Origin: an uncultured Verrucomicrobiota bacterium
GTDB taxonomy: Bacteria; Verrucomicrobiota; Verrucomicrobiia; Limisphaerales; UBA9464
Length of the DNA: 64,000 nt
NCBI GenBank assembly: GCA_903907995.1
Contig: CAIVQH010000046.1
Span: forward strand, 212,396 to 276,395
Direction: 5' to 3'
This document shows, piece after piece, positions 28,969-37,735 of this stretch; the stretch's first letter is position 1; the number at the start of each line of letters is the position of its first letter. The position numbers and the translations under genes were made by a program. The notes below the pieces were generated by a model, which was given only the letters and a program-made list of their open reading frames with translations, was not told where the DNA came from and did not search any database.

Positions 28969-30145
28969 CCCCCAGCACCACGCCGATTTCGTCAGGAAAC
29001 TCCTCGCTCAGGAGCCGGGTCTGGACGCTCCGGTCTTCGCCGAGCGACGGGTCCTGCTCCTCGCCCGAATCGTGAGCGCCGAACGGCACGAACGCCGCGC
29101 CCGGCTGATCGCGTTCGCGGCGACCACCATTGCCGCCGTCGGAGTTTCCCTGCTCTATGCCGCCGCCATGGGCCGGTTCGGTGAAGCGGCCTTGTGGCCG
29201 GACTGGGCCAAGTATCTCGGCGGCGTCTCGATGATCCTCCTGCCGTTCCTGTCGCTGCTCCTCGTCGCGCTCTATTTCTTCCGGCACCGGCGCGAGTTGC
29301 ACGCCGCCCGTGACGAGGCGTTCCGCGCCAGCCTGGAAGACCTGCCGCGCCAGATCGGCGAGCTTGGTGCCGAGCTGGACCGGCTACGTGCGCGCCTGGA
29401 ACCACCAGCCGGTTTGGCTGAGGGCAAAAAACCTGACCGACGCGCGTTCACGCTGATCGAGATGATGACCGTCATCGCGATCATCGGAGTGCTGGCCGGC
29501 CTTCTTTTGCCTGCGCTCAGCCGGGCCCGAGCCAAAAGCCAGTCATTGGTCTGCGGGAGCAATCTCGGACAGGTTGGCAAGGCGCTCACCCTCTATGAGC
29601 ACGACACCGGGTCCTATCCCGGTGCGGGTTGGTCAGCGCAAGTCACCAGCCAGAGGGTGGTGATATCGCCCGACTCATGGGACATGCGGGTCCGCCCCGA
29701 TCTCAAGGGCAGCACCAACGTCTTTTCCTGCCCCGCATATCAGCCGCCGGATTTCGCCGGCGCCACCGCACCCGCCTACGGTTACAATGCCGGCGGCAGC
29801 TCACCCACCTATGACTTCAGACGGGTGCTCGGCCTGGGCTACGGCGGCGCCTTGCCCGGCTCGCCTCGGGTCCGGTCCGATGACGTGCGCGCTCCCGCCG
29901 ATATGGTGGCCATCGGGGATATCCAGACGCCGCCGGGAGTCTGGTTGAACACCATCACTCCCAACCTGCCCCGGCGGATGGGTGGCCTGGACTCGATCGT
30001 GCCCGATCGTCACAACGGCGGGGCGAACATGGTATTCTGCGACGGCCATTTTGAGTCGGATCGCCAGAGGAATTGGACGCGGCCCACGGAGACGGCTCGC
30101 CGGCGCTGGAACCTCGACGGGCTGCCGCACCCCGAAACGTGGTGA
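28961..30145 (+). CDS. anti-sigma-factor-like 2-TM membrane domain fused to a prepilin-type (DUF1559 / H-X9-DG) pseudopilin-like domain
   Basis: ATG overlaps the sigma stop (ATGAATGA). Residues 1-160: two TM helices plus coiled coil. Residue ~165: KKPDRRAFTLIEMMTVIAIIGVLAGLLLPALSRARAKSQ (prepilin N-terminal methylation motif with Ala, not Gly, at -1). C-terminal ...PDRHNGGANMVFCDGHFESD (H-X9-DG motif). One continuous 394-aa ORF. Confidence 0.65.
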   Translation: MNDPQHHADFVRKLLAQEPGLDAPVFAERRVLLLARIVSAERHERRARLIAFAATTIAAVGVSLLYAAAMGRFGEAALWPDWAKYLGGVSMILLPFLSLLLVALYFFRHRRELHAARDEAFRASLEDLPRQIGELGAELDRLRARLEPPAGLAEGKKPDRRAFTLIEMMTVIAIIGVLAGLLLPALSRARAKSQSLVCGSNLGQVGKALTLYEHDTGSYPGAGWSAQVTSQRVVISPDSWDMRVRPDLKGSTNVFSCPAYQPPDFAGATAPAYGYNAGGSSPTYDFRRVLGLGYGGALPGSPRVRSDDVRAPADMVAIGDIQTPPGVWLNTITPNLPRRMGGLDSIVPDRHNGGANMVFCDGHFESDRQRNWTRPTETARRRWNLDGLPHPETW

Positions 30146-30300
30146 CGGAGAACCAGCAGGCCGGCTGCCTGTTCTTCCGCGCAGCGGTGAACCAGAAATG
30201 CGTTCTTTGGGAATGCCACCCTCACCCGAACGGAGTTTGGACCCTGGCTGTGAAGGGGGTTGAGGTTGACACTGGCAGCTCGGCCAGCGAGAGCATTGCC

Positions 30301-31032
30301 ATGCTGCGCCAGCGCCAGAGGACTTGGATTCCACAACGATTTGCGAACCTTTGGTTCCTCGGGTTTTTGCTTCTTTCAGGCGTGGCGCAGGCCGGTGATC
30401 TGCCCGTACCCGTTGGCTGGTGGCCGGGCGATACCAGCACCATAAATCTGGCGGGGACCAACTCGGCGGTTCTCGGCGGGGGCGGCTATGCCGGCGCGGT
30501 CTTTGGCAAAGGATTCAGTTTTGACGGTCGAAGCAATGTCGTGTCGGTGCCGGACGATCCGAGCCAGCATTCGCCCCGGATCACGGTCGCGTGCTGGGTT
30601 AAGTTCAACGAGCTGCTCACGCCCGGCGCGGCGACTCCGGGCCTGCAGTACCTGATGTTCAAAAGGAGGCCGGCGAACAGCGGCTTTGAGGGTTTTGCCC
30701 TCGTCAAGGACCGGCTGACCGGCGCGGACCGGTTCAAGATCGTCCTCGCGAATGGTCCCGGCACGGCGAACCAGGTGGTGACCCCGGGGATGACAATCGT
30801 GGAAACCAACCGGTTCTACTTCGTGGCGGCCACGGCCGATGGCAGCCACGTGCGCCTCTACGTGGACGGAATGTTGGAAGGCACATCACCGGCGGCCTTC
30901 CCGGTCCAGTGCGGCAGCCAGCCGATGTTTTTCGGATCTTCCGAGGAGTCCTACAACGGACGCTTCAGCGGGGCGCTGGACGAGCCGCAGCTGTTTGACC
31001 GGGCGCTGAGCCAAACGGAAATCCAGGCGTAG
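30301..31032 (+). CDS. secreted LamG/concanavalin-A-like lectin-fold protein
   Basis: ATG at 30301: MLRQRQRTWIPQRFANLWFLGFLLLSGVAQA signal; ...VACWVKFNEL...FYFVAATADGSHVRLYVDGML...GALDEPQLFDRALSQTEIQA is a typical LamG jelly-roll. Confidence 0.6.
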   Translation: MLRQRQRTWIPQRFANLWFLGFLLLSGVAQAGDLPVPVGWWPGDTSTINLAGTNSAVLGGGGYAGAVFGKGFSFDGRSNVVSVPDDPSQHSPRITVACWVKFNELLTPGAATPGLQYLMFKRRPANSGFEGFALVKDRLTGADRFKIVLANGPGTANQVVTPGMTIVETNRFYFVAATADGSHVRLYVDGMLEGTSPAAFPVQCGSQPMFFGSSEESYNGRFSGALDEPQLFDRALSQTEIQA

Positions 31033-31111
31033 AGGACGCCATGCCATCCGTTTCAAAAAGAACGCCCCGGAAGGTGACTTCCGGGGCGTTTTGCTTTTCC
31101 TCCCGTGCGTT

Positions 31112-32890
31112 TCAGGCCGCTAATGCGGTTTCCTTCTTCAGCATGGTGCCGAGCAGCCCCTCGACCAGGCCGGCGTTGGCGCCGGTGCCGTTCACGGCCA
31201 CATCGGGCACGATGCGGACGTGCTGTTCGCCCACGATCTGCATCAGCTGCATGAGCGTGTAGCCCTGCGCTCCGAGCGCCTCGACGCCGGCGCGGTAGGC
31301 CTGTGCCTTGGCGCTGCCGGTGGCGCGGATGGCTTCGGCCTCGCCCAACGCGCGGAGGCGCACGCCTTCGGCCTCGCCGGTGGCCTGCTTGATGTGGGCG
31401 TCGGACTTCAGCTCGGCGATGTTCACACCCTGCTCGGCCCCGACGACCTGGGACTGGATGTCCGCCACCGCCGTCTCGCGGACAAGCTGCTGGCGCTGCT
31501 TCTGCGCTGCCTCCTGCACCTCGTAGGTCTTGCGCTGTTCCTCCGCGATCTTGCGGTCGGTCTGGGTCTGCATCAGCTCGGCCGGCGGGTGGATGTCGCC
31601 GATGAGCGTGTCGATGGCCTGCACGTCATACGCGCCGATGGCGGCCCGGATGTGCTCGGTAGCCTCCGTCTGCCGCTGGCTGCGAGCGCTGAGGAAGTCC
31701 AGCACCGTGCAGGACTGCGCGGAGTTGCGGAAGTAGTTGCCGACGATCGGCTGGAGCGCGTGGTCCACCAGGTTCTGCATGGAGCCGATGCGAGAGATAA
31801 CCTTCGGCGCATCGAGCGCGCCGACGTGGATGATCTGGGAAACATCCAGGTTGAAGGCAAAGCCGTCGCGTGAACGCACGGTGATCGAGCTGAGCTTCGC
31901 GTCGAAGTTGTGTGACTCGGTGCGCGAGGCCCAGTTGAGGACGATGTTGGTGGTGGGCACGCGCTCCACCCGCATCACGCGGGTGTTGAGCGGATGCTTG
32001 CCGGGATAGAGCGGCGTGACCCACACGCCCTTGTGGCCGACGTTGACAAGATCGCCGTGCTTGAAGTCCGTGCCGCTCACGTCCTCGTGCGCGGCACCGA
32101 CGAACGAGATCACGACGCCCACGGAACCGATGGGTACTTCGACCATCGGCACCTGCTCGACCTGGGCAAACCACGGGTTGAGGTTCCAGCTGCCGCTGAG
32201 CAGCACCTGCTCCTGCAGGCCGCGCCGGCCGCCGCCCGTGAGGAACGCCTGGGCATCCTGGAAGTTGTCGTGATGCGCGATGGTCGGGCCGGCGATCTCG
32301 CCCGCCTCGATGGGGCAGCCATCCAGCGTGGTGACAATGCCGACCTTGTCCGGATCGACGCGCTGCACGAACAGCGCCGCCGTCTCCATGCCAAAGGCGG
32401 GCGCCTGCGCCGCGGTGATGACGTTGAAGAGCGCCGTGTTGATGCGGTAGGTGCCGGCGGTGATGATACCGAGCTGCCGGCCGCGTTCGCCGCCGCCCAC
32501 GAGGAATTTCCGCGCGTCTTGGAAGCTGTCGCAATCCACGACGCGGCCGAGGATCCGCTCGGCTGGGATAGGCGCGCCATCCGCCGCGACGACGAGGGCA
32601 ATCTCGCCGGGTGCGACCTCGGTAACGGGCATCTTGAGCACCTGATACTGCCAGCGCCAGTAGCCGAAGTGAAGGCCGGGCGCGAGCGTGTCGGCCTGGT
32701 AGCCGGCCTCTCCGTTGAGCGCGAGCAGCCGCCCGGGCGGCAGCGAACGTGAGCCGAAGCGCTTGATGACCACGCCGACCTGGCGCTCATCGATGAGCAC
32801 CGCTCCGACCAGCAAGTGCAGGAGTATCAGGCCGAAGAGGACCGAGGCGGCGGTGATACCGGCGCCGACGAGAGTGATGGCAGCATTCAT
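31112..32890 (-). CDS. flotillin-like SPFH/band-7 protein (YqiK-type) with N-terminal TM and internal duplication
   Basis: N-terminal TM; duplicated segments FQDARKFLVGGGERGRQLGIITAGTYRIN / FQDAQAFLTGGGRRGLQEQVLLSGSWNLN; C-terminal long EA-rich coiled coil (flotillin tail). Confidence 0.8.
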   Translation of the reverse strand: MNAAITLVGAGITAASVLFGLILLHLLVGAVLIDERQVGVVIKRFGSRSLPPGRLLALNGEAGYQADTLAPGLHFGYWRWQYQVLKMPVTEVAPGEIALVVAADGAPIPAERILGRVVDCDSFQDARKFLVGGGERGRQLGIITAGTYRINTALFNVITAAQAPAFGMETAALFVQRVDPDKVGIVTTLDGCPIEAGEIAGPTIAHHDNFQDAQAFLTGGGRRGLQEQVLLSGSWNLNPWFAQVEQVPMVEVPIGSVGVVISFVGAAHEDVSGTDFKHGDLVNVGHKGVWVTPLYPGKHPLNTRVMRVERVPTTNIVLNWASRTESHNFDAKLSSITVRSRDGFAFNLDVSQIIHVGALDAPKVISRIGSMQNLVDHALQPIVGNYFRNSAQSCTVLDFLSARSQRQTEATEHIRAAIGAYDVQAIDTLIGDIHPPAELMQTQTDRKIAEEQRKTYEVQEAAQKQRQQLVRETAVADIQSQVVGAEQGVNIAELKSDAHIKQATGEAEGVRLRALGEAEAIRATGSAKAQAYRAGVEALGAQGYTLMQLMQIVGEQHVRIVPDVAVNGTGANAGLVEGLLGTMLKKETALAA

Positions 32891-32926
32891 GACAGGGTTC
32901 CTTTCAAACGGAGGTTCAGGTTGGGT

Positions 32927-33169
32927 TCACAGCGGTTGCCAGCGGGGCGAGGTGCGGAGCTTCGCCAAGGCGGCCGGTGCGGCGTAGTAGCGGATCAGGC
33001 CGCAGTCGGCACAGACCCGGATTTGGACCTCGGCATAGGTCAGGAAGCTGCCGAGCCCGGGAAGCAGGAGGTTCGCATGCGGGGTGCCGGCCCGGCCGGT
33101 GGTTTGGTACAGGGAATGCCCGCCGCACTCGGGGCAGGTGCTCAGGACAGGCGGTTGCAGTTCACTCAT
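32927..33169 (-). CDS. small zinc-ribbon protein upstream of the flotillin gene
   Basis: CPECGG...(30 aa)...CADCG four-Cys ribbon; 80 aa; same strand, 37 bp upstream of the flotillin gene. Confidence 0.5.
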   Translation of the reverse strand: MSELQPPVLSTCPECGGHSLYQTTGRAGTPHANLLLPGLGSFLTYAEVQIRVCADCGLIRYYAAPAALAKLRTSPRWQPL

Positions 33170-33622
33170 AGGTCAGCCACGCGCCGTGCCTTGACGGCAC
33201 GGTACGTTGGTGCGCGACGGCACGGGGCCGTCACGCGGTTTCATACGGGGTGAACGTGGGGTTCCTGCACACGCAGGATCCCAGAGGATCGCCCTTCCAG
33301 GTGCCGACGGAGTTAGCTGACGGGCTTGGTCTTGGAAGTGACCTTGGCCCCCGGTTACCCGGTGCCGTGCGCCCCCTCCCCGACTTGCGTCGGGGAATTT
33401 GGTTCCCCCGCGCCGGCTTGCAGGAAGGCAAACCGGCTTAGGCTGCTACAGACGGCCGACGAGTGTCACCGGCCGGCCCGCCTGTCAATGGCAATCGGGA
33501 CAAGGCATCAAGCCTGCGCATCCACTGTCGGCTTCTACGCTGGAACTCCCGTCTCCTGAATCCTGTCTCCTGTCTTCTTCCGATTGAACCTTTGCTCGCC
33601 CGCCGCATTCCACTGGATACAA

Positions 33623-34174
33623 ATGCTGGAAGTGGCCGAGTGCGAACAACTGCCCGTGCGGCAAGCCAGGTCCGGATCACCGGAAGCCTGGGACGCGCTG
33701 TTCCGTCGCTACCAGCTGCCGCTCTACGTCTATGTCTTCGAACTGGTCCACCACGAGCAGGTCAGCTTGGATATCGTTCAGGAGACCTTCATCAACGCCG
33801 TGCGCCACCTCGGCAGCCTGCGGGAGGACGCCAAGTTCGGCAGCTGGCTCTTCGGCATCGCCCATCAGAAGTGCATCCAGCGATGGCGCAAACAGGGCCG
33901 TGAGGACCTCCTGCGCGAAGAGTTCACCGGGGCTCCGCCGGAGTTTGAGGAGGGCCCGGACGATCTGCTCATCCGGCAGGAACAGGAGGCCGAATTCATG
34001 AAACTGCTCCAACAGCTCCCGCCGCCGCAGCGTTCCGTGCTGCTGCTGCATTACGTGGAGGATTTTTCGCTCGGAGAGATCGCCGCCGTCACCGCCACGC
34101 AGCCTGGCACGGTGAAGTCACGGCTGCATTACGCCCGGAAGGCCCTGCGCAAATTGGTGGAGGAAACCCCATGA
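33623..34174 (+). CDS. ECF-family sigma factor
   Basis: ATG at 33623; LPLYVYVFELVHHEQVSLDIVQETFINAVRHL, ...LPPPQRSVLLLHYVEDFSLGEIAAVTATQPGTVKSRLHYARKAL. Confidence 0.8.
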   Translation: MLEVAECEQLPVRQARSGSPEAWDALFRRYQLPLYVYVFELVHHEQVSLDIVQETFINAVRHLGSLREDAKFGSWLFGIAHQKCIQRWRKQGREDLLREEFTGAPPEFEEGPDDLLIRQEQEAEFMKLLQQLPPPQRSVLLLHYVEDFSLGEIAAVTATQPGTVKSRLHYARKALRKLVEETP

Positions 34175-34599
34175 AAACCCCGCGTGAAGTTCTGTTCGCC
34201 CGTCATCACACCGCCCAAGCCGGGCTGGATGCCCTCCGGCAGGAAGTGCTGGCGGATTTGCCTGGAAAGCCCGCAGCGATGCCGGCCGACGCCGGAGTCC
34301 GGCCCGGGGTGCGCTGGTCGCTCCGGGAATTTCTCCGGCCGTTCCGCTGGCATCTGGCCGGGTTGAGCGCGGCCTGGTTGCTTGTGGCGATCTTGAACTC
34401 CGAGCCGAGCAGGGCCACGACGCCCGCATTCGCCAGCCAGGACACTCCACCACCCCGCCAGCTCCTGATGGCCTTTCGGGAACACCGGCGCCAACTGTGG
34501 GAACTGCTCCAGCCCCCCGTCGCGGCCGTCCCGACCGTGCCGCATGCATCGGTACCACGGCGCCGAAATGATCCCGCCGTTTCACTCTTCATTGCCTGA
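34171..34599 (+). CDS. putative anti-sigma factor (single TM)
   Basis: ATGA overlap with the sigma stop; one TM (LAGLSAAWLLVAILN); positional assignment. Confidence 0.5.
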   Translation: MKTPREVLFARHHTAQAGLDALRQEVLADLPGKPAAMPADAGVRPGVRWSLREFLRPFRWHLAGLSAAWLLVAILNSEPSRATTPAFASQDTPPPRQLLMAFREHRRQLWELLQPPVAAVPTVPHASVPRRRNDPAVSLFIA

Positions 34600-34602
34600 C
34601 TT

Positions 34603-36135
34603 ATGGACACACCCACTCCGCCGACCGCCTGGGAGCGCACCACCACCCGCCGCCTGCTCCGCTGGGTTTTCCGCTGGCAGACCGTGCGAAGCTCGCTGAT
34701 CGCCCTAGCCTGGGTGGTGACACTCATCGCCCTGCTCTACGGCGAGGAGAACTGGCGTGGACGCCGCGCCTGGAACAAGTACCGGCAGGAACTGGAGGCA
34801 CAGGGTGCGCAGCTGGACCTGCAGGCGTTCATTCCCCCGCCAGTCCCGGACGAACAGAATTTTGCCGCAACACCGTTTGTCATGTCGTGGTTCCCCAGAA
34901 GCGGTGGCGGCTGGGATGACAATTATTCGAAAGCGGCTGAAAAACTTCCGAGTCAGGACACCAGCCGACAGCAGTTCCTGGACTTGGCAGCCTGGGGAAC
35001 GGCTCTGAAAGCCGTCGAAGCCGGCACACTGAAATCGTACCGTCATATCGATACGGGAAAACCGGATGCCGAGTCCCGCACCCAGGCGGCCCCGGCCGTG
35101 CTGGCAGGACTGCAGGCCGACGAGGCGATCTTCCAGGAACTCCGGGCCGCCAGCCTGCGGCCCCATGCCCGCTATCCTGTGATTTACAACTTGGACAATC
35201 CGTGGGGCATCCTCTTACCGCACCTGGCCAAGATCAAAGCCACCTGCTACCGCCTGCGCCTCAGGGCCTGTGCCGAGTTGGCCGTCGGCCAATCCGACCG
35301 GGCACTGGAAGATCTGAAGCTGCTGCTCTACATGGCCGACTCGCTGAAGAATGAGCCGTTCCTGATCTCCTATCTGGTGCGTATTTCCTGCCTGGAACTC
35401 GCCACCCAGCCGGTTTGGGAGGGCCTGTCCGAACATCACTGGACGGCGGGCCAGCTCGAGGAACTTCAGGGCCGGCTTCAACGCTTCGATCTCCTGAACG
35501 ACCTGAGCCGGCCCCGGGCGGCCGAGCGCGCATGCATCATTCTGACCGCCGAACTCCTTTACCGGCAAAAATACCGGCTGAGCGAACTGGCCGAGCCCCA
35601 GTCCGGCTTATCCCCTTCATTGTGGGGAGGGGATTTTGCCAACCTGCTCGGGCGGATCGCGCCGCACGGCTGGTATTATCTGGAGCAGGTCAATGCCTGC
35701 CGTTTCTATCAGAACCAATCGCCCGGGGCCTTCGATCCGGTCCAAAAACGGATCTCGCCACGCCTGCTTGCCGCCGACGCCAAAGAGATGGAACAACAGC
35801 TTTCCAGCCAGATCCTCGCCAGGTTGTTCCAGCCCGTTTTCGCCAAATTCCCGTTCAAGGCGGCGGCGGCTCAGGCCTTGGTGGATCAGGCCGCCCTCGC
35901 CTGCGCGCTGGAACGGTGCCGGCTGGCCGAGGGTCGGTTCCCCGAGAAGCTGGAGGCGCTCGTGCCGCGCTTCATGGCCGATTTGCCCAAGGACGCGCTC
36001 ACCGGCGAACCCTACCGGTATCGCCGTGTCACCGACGCCCAGTTCCTGCTCTATTCCGTCGGGTGGGACGAGAAGGACGACGGCGGCGTATCCGGCAAAA
36101 CGCAGTTTGACGAACAGGGCGACTGGGTCTGGTAG
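34603..36135 (+). CDS. membrane-anchored periplasmic protein with GspG/pseudopilin-like C-terminal motif (third gene of the ECF module)
   Basis: N-terminal TM (SLIALAWVVTLIALLY); C-terminus ...TGEPYRYRRVTDAQFLLYSVGWDEKDDGGVSGKTQFDEQGDWVW resembles the GspG C-terminal segment (...PWGNPY.Y.....D..L.S.GADG..GGEG). Confidence 0.5.
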   Translation: MDTPTPPTAWERTTTRRLLRWVFRWQTVRSSLIALAWVVTLIALLYGEENWRGRRAWNKYRQELEAQGAQLDLQAFIPPPVPDEQNFAATPFVMSWFPRSGGGWDDNYSKAAEKLPSQDTSRQQFLDLAAWGTALKAVEAGTLKSYRHIDTGKPDAESRTQAAPAVLAGLQADEAIFQELRAASLRPHARYPVIYNLDNPWGILLPHLAKIKATCYRLRLRACAELAVGQSDRALEDLKLLLYMADSLKNEPFLISYLVRISCLELATQPVWEGLSEHHWTAGQLEELQGRLQRFDLLNDLSRPRAAERACIILTAELLYRQKYRLSELAEPQSGLSPSLWGGDFANLLGRIAPHGWYYLEQVNACRFYQNQSPGAFDPVQKRISPRLLAADAKEMEQQLSSQILARLFQPVFAKFPFKAAAAQALVDQAALACALERCRLAEGRFPEKLEALVPRFMADLPKDALTGEPYRYRRVTDAQFLLYSVGWDEKDDGGVSGKTQFDEQGDWVW

Positions 36136-36207
36136 GGCCTGAGCAGGATCGGATTCGTGCGAATCTCTGCGTAGCGACCCACCGCTGAAGGGCAAAAGGG
36201 CGCCAAC

Positions 36208-37722
36208 TCAGTTCTTCACCAGGTCCCAGTACTCGCTCGGGATGCTGGCGAGGCCGGGGAGAAGCTGGCGGTCCAGCGCCTTTTGCAGTTCCTCGGGGGT
36301 AAGCTCCCGGCCCGCTTCTTCCGCCGAACGGACCAGCGCCTCGATCTCGGCCCGGATCTGGCCAACGAAGTTCGAGCACTGGAACTTGTAGGCTTCAGCC
36401 AGGTCATCCGCGTCGGAGCCGGTGATCGTGAGGATGATCTCCTTGTTGGGCCGGTTGAACATGGGCAGCACCAAGGTGTTGGCCTCGCTGCGCAGGTCGT
36501 CCACCGACTTTGCGACCATGGTGTCGATGTCGATGAGAAAGACGTTCTTGGCGTCGTCGCGGTATTGCCGCAGCTGGGTTTCCACGCTCATGCCCTTGAG
36601 GTTGTTGAGGCGGTCCTCCCATTCCTTAAACTCGCAGAGCATCTCCTTGGTGCCGGGGTCCACCGGACCGTAGAACTTCCCCCGATGGCGGCTGACGAAG
36701 TCATTGAAGCTCGCCTCGGTGCGGGCGAGCACCCACGAAAGCCGCTCCAGTGCGTCATGTGCGAACTGCTCCGCGTCGTCGCGGCAGCCGCCCGAGGCCT
36801 GCGCGGAACTCCAGCTGTTCAGGCTGTCGTTCGCCTTCGGGTAAAGCTCCTTGGCCTGGTCGAAGCCGTTGGTGCGGATGAATTCCTGCGTGTCCTTGTA
36901 GGTGCGGCCATAGAGGATCAGCACGCCGCCCTCGTTGGCCACGAGGCTCCGGTATTCCGCCACGCGCCGCTTGAAGTCCTCGTTCATCTGGAGGTAGGCC
37001 CGCAACGCCTCCTTCGCCACCTTCTGCGCCGTGCTCACCGCGAAGCCAGTCTTGAGCTCGAGCAGATATTTGATGGCCGAGATGGCGGCCGAGACGCTGA
37101 AGGAACCGGTGATGCCGCCGGGCGAAATCTTCTTCTTCCAGTCGAGCACATCGAGCACGGCGGCGGCGACCTGCTCCTTCATGGTGCCATGCGCGGCGGA
37201 CACGGCGTTGAGGCCGACGCGAAAGTTCTCCTGCATCTGCTGGTAGATCGCCTTTTCCCGCTCGTCGATGGAACTGTCGTTGGACTCGACGGTGCGCCAT
37301 TTCTCCTCCAGCTCGGTGGCCAGCGCCTCGAGCTTGAGCCGGATGGCGGTGATCTGGTCGCGCTTCTCCGCCACCTTGATTTCCTTCAGGCCCTCCCAGA
37401 AACGGTTTTCATCGTTGAGCACCAGCGCCCGGAAGGCAAAGAGCCCCGGGCTGGGGTCGCTCAGGCCGCTCAGCAGATCGCCAATGTAGCGGTTCAGGTC
37501 ATCCCGCATCCGGCCCACGCGGTCGCGCCATTGGTTTTCCTTGTCGGTGGCGGCACCGACGTCGTCGAGGAGCTTCTGCAGATCGTCGAGCGCCGCCTTG
37601 CGGGCGTCGAAGTAGCTGAACAGCGCCTGCCGGACCTTGGGCCGCTCGTTCTCCGGCAGCTTGGGTTCGAGCTCCTGGAGGCGCGTGATCAGTTCGCCGG
37701 TGCGTTTGAGGTAGTCGGGCAT
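36208..37722 (-). CDS. uncharacterised 504-aa cytoplasmic protein, coiled-coil rich
   Basis: ATG at 37722 (MPDYLKRTGELITRLQ...), 13 bp after the upstream gene stop; no signal peptide or known motif. The track ORF has a 160-aa junk N-terminal extension. Confidence 0.5.
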   Translation of the reverse strand: MPDYLKRTGELITRLQELEPKLPENERPKVRQALFSYFDARKAALDDLQKLLDDVGAATDKENQWRDRVGRMRDDLNRYIGDLLSGLSDPSPGLFAFRALVLNDENRFWEGLKEIKVAEKRDQITAIRLKLEALATELEEKWRTVESNDSSIDEREKAIYQQMQENFRVGLNAVSAAHGTMKEQVAAAVLDVLDWKKKISPGGITGSFSVSAAISAIKYLLELKTGFAVSTAQKVAKEALRAYLQMNEDFKRRVAEYRSLVANEGGVLILYGRTYKDTQEFIRTNGFDQAKELYPKANDSLNSWSSAQASGGCRDDAEQFAHDALERLSWVLARTEASFNDFVSRHRGKFYGPVDPGTKEMLCEFKEWEDRLNNLKGMSVETQLRQYRDDAKNVFLIDIDTMVAKSVDDLRSEANTLVLPMFNRPNKEIILTITGSDADDLAEAYKFQCSNFVGQIRAEIEALVRSAEEAGRELTPEELQKALDRQLLPGLASIPSEYWDLVKN

Positions 37723-37735
37723 GGCGGGGAAAAAT

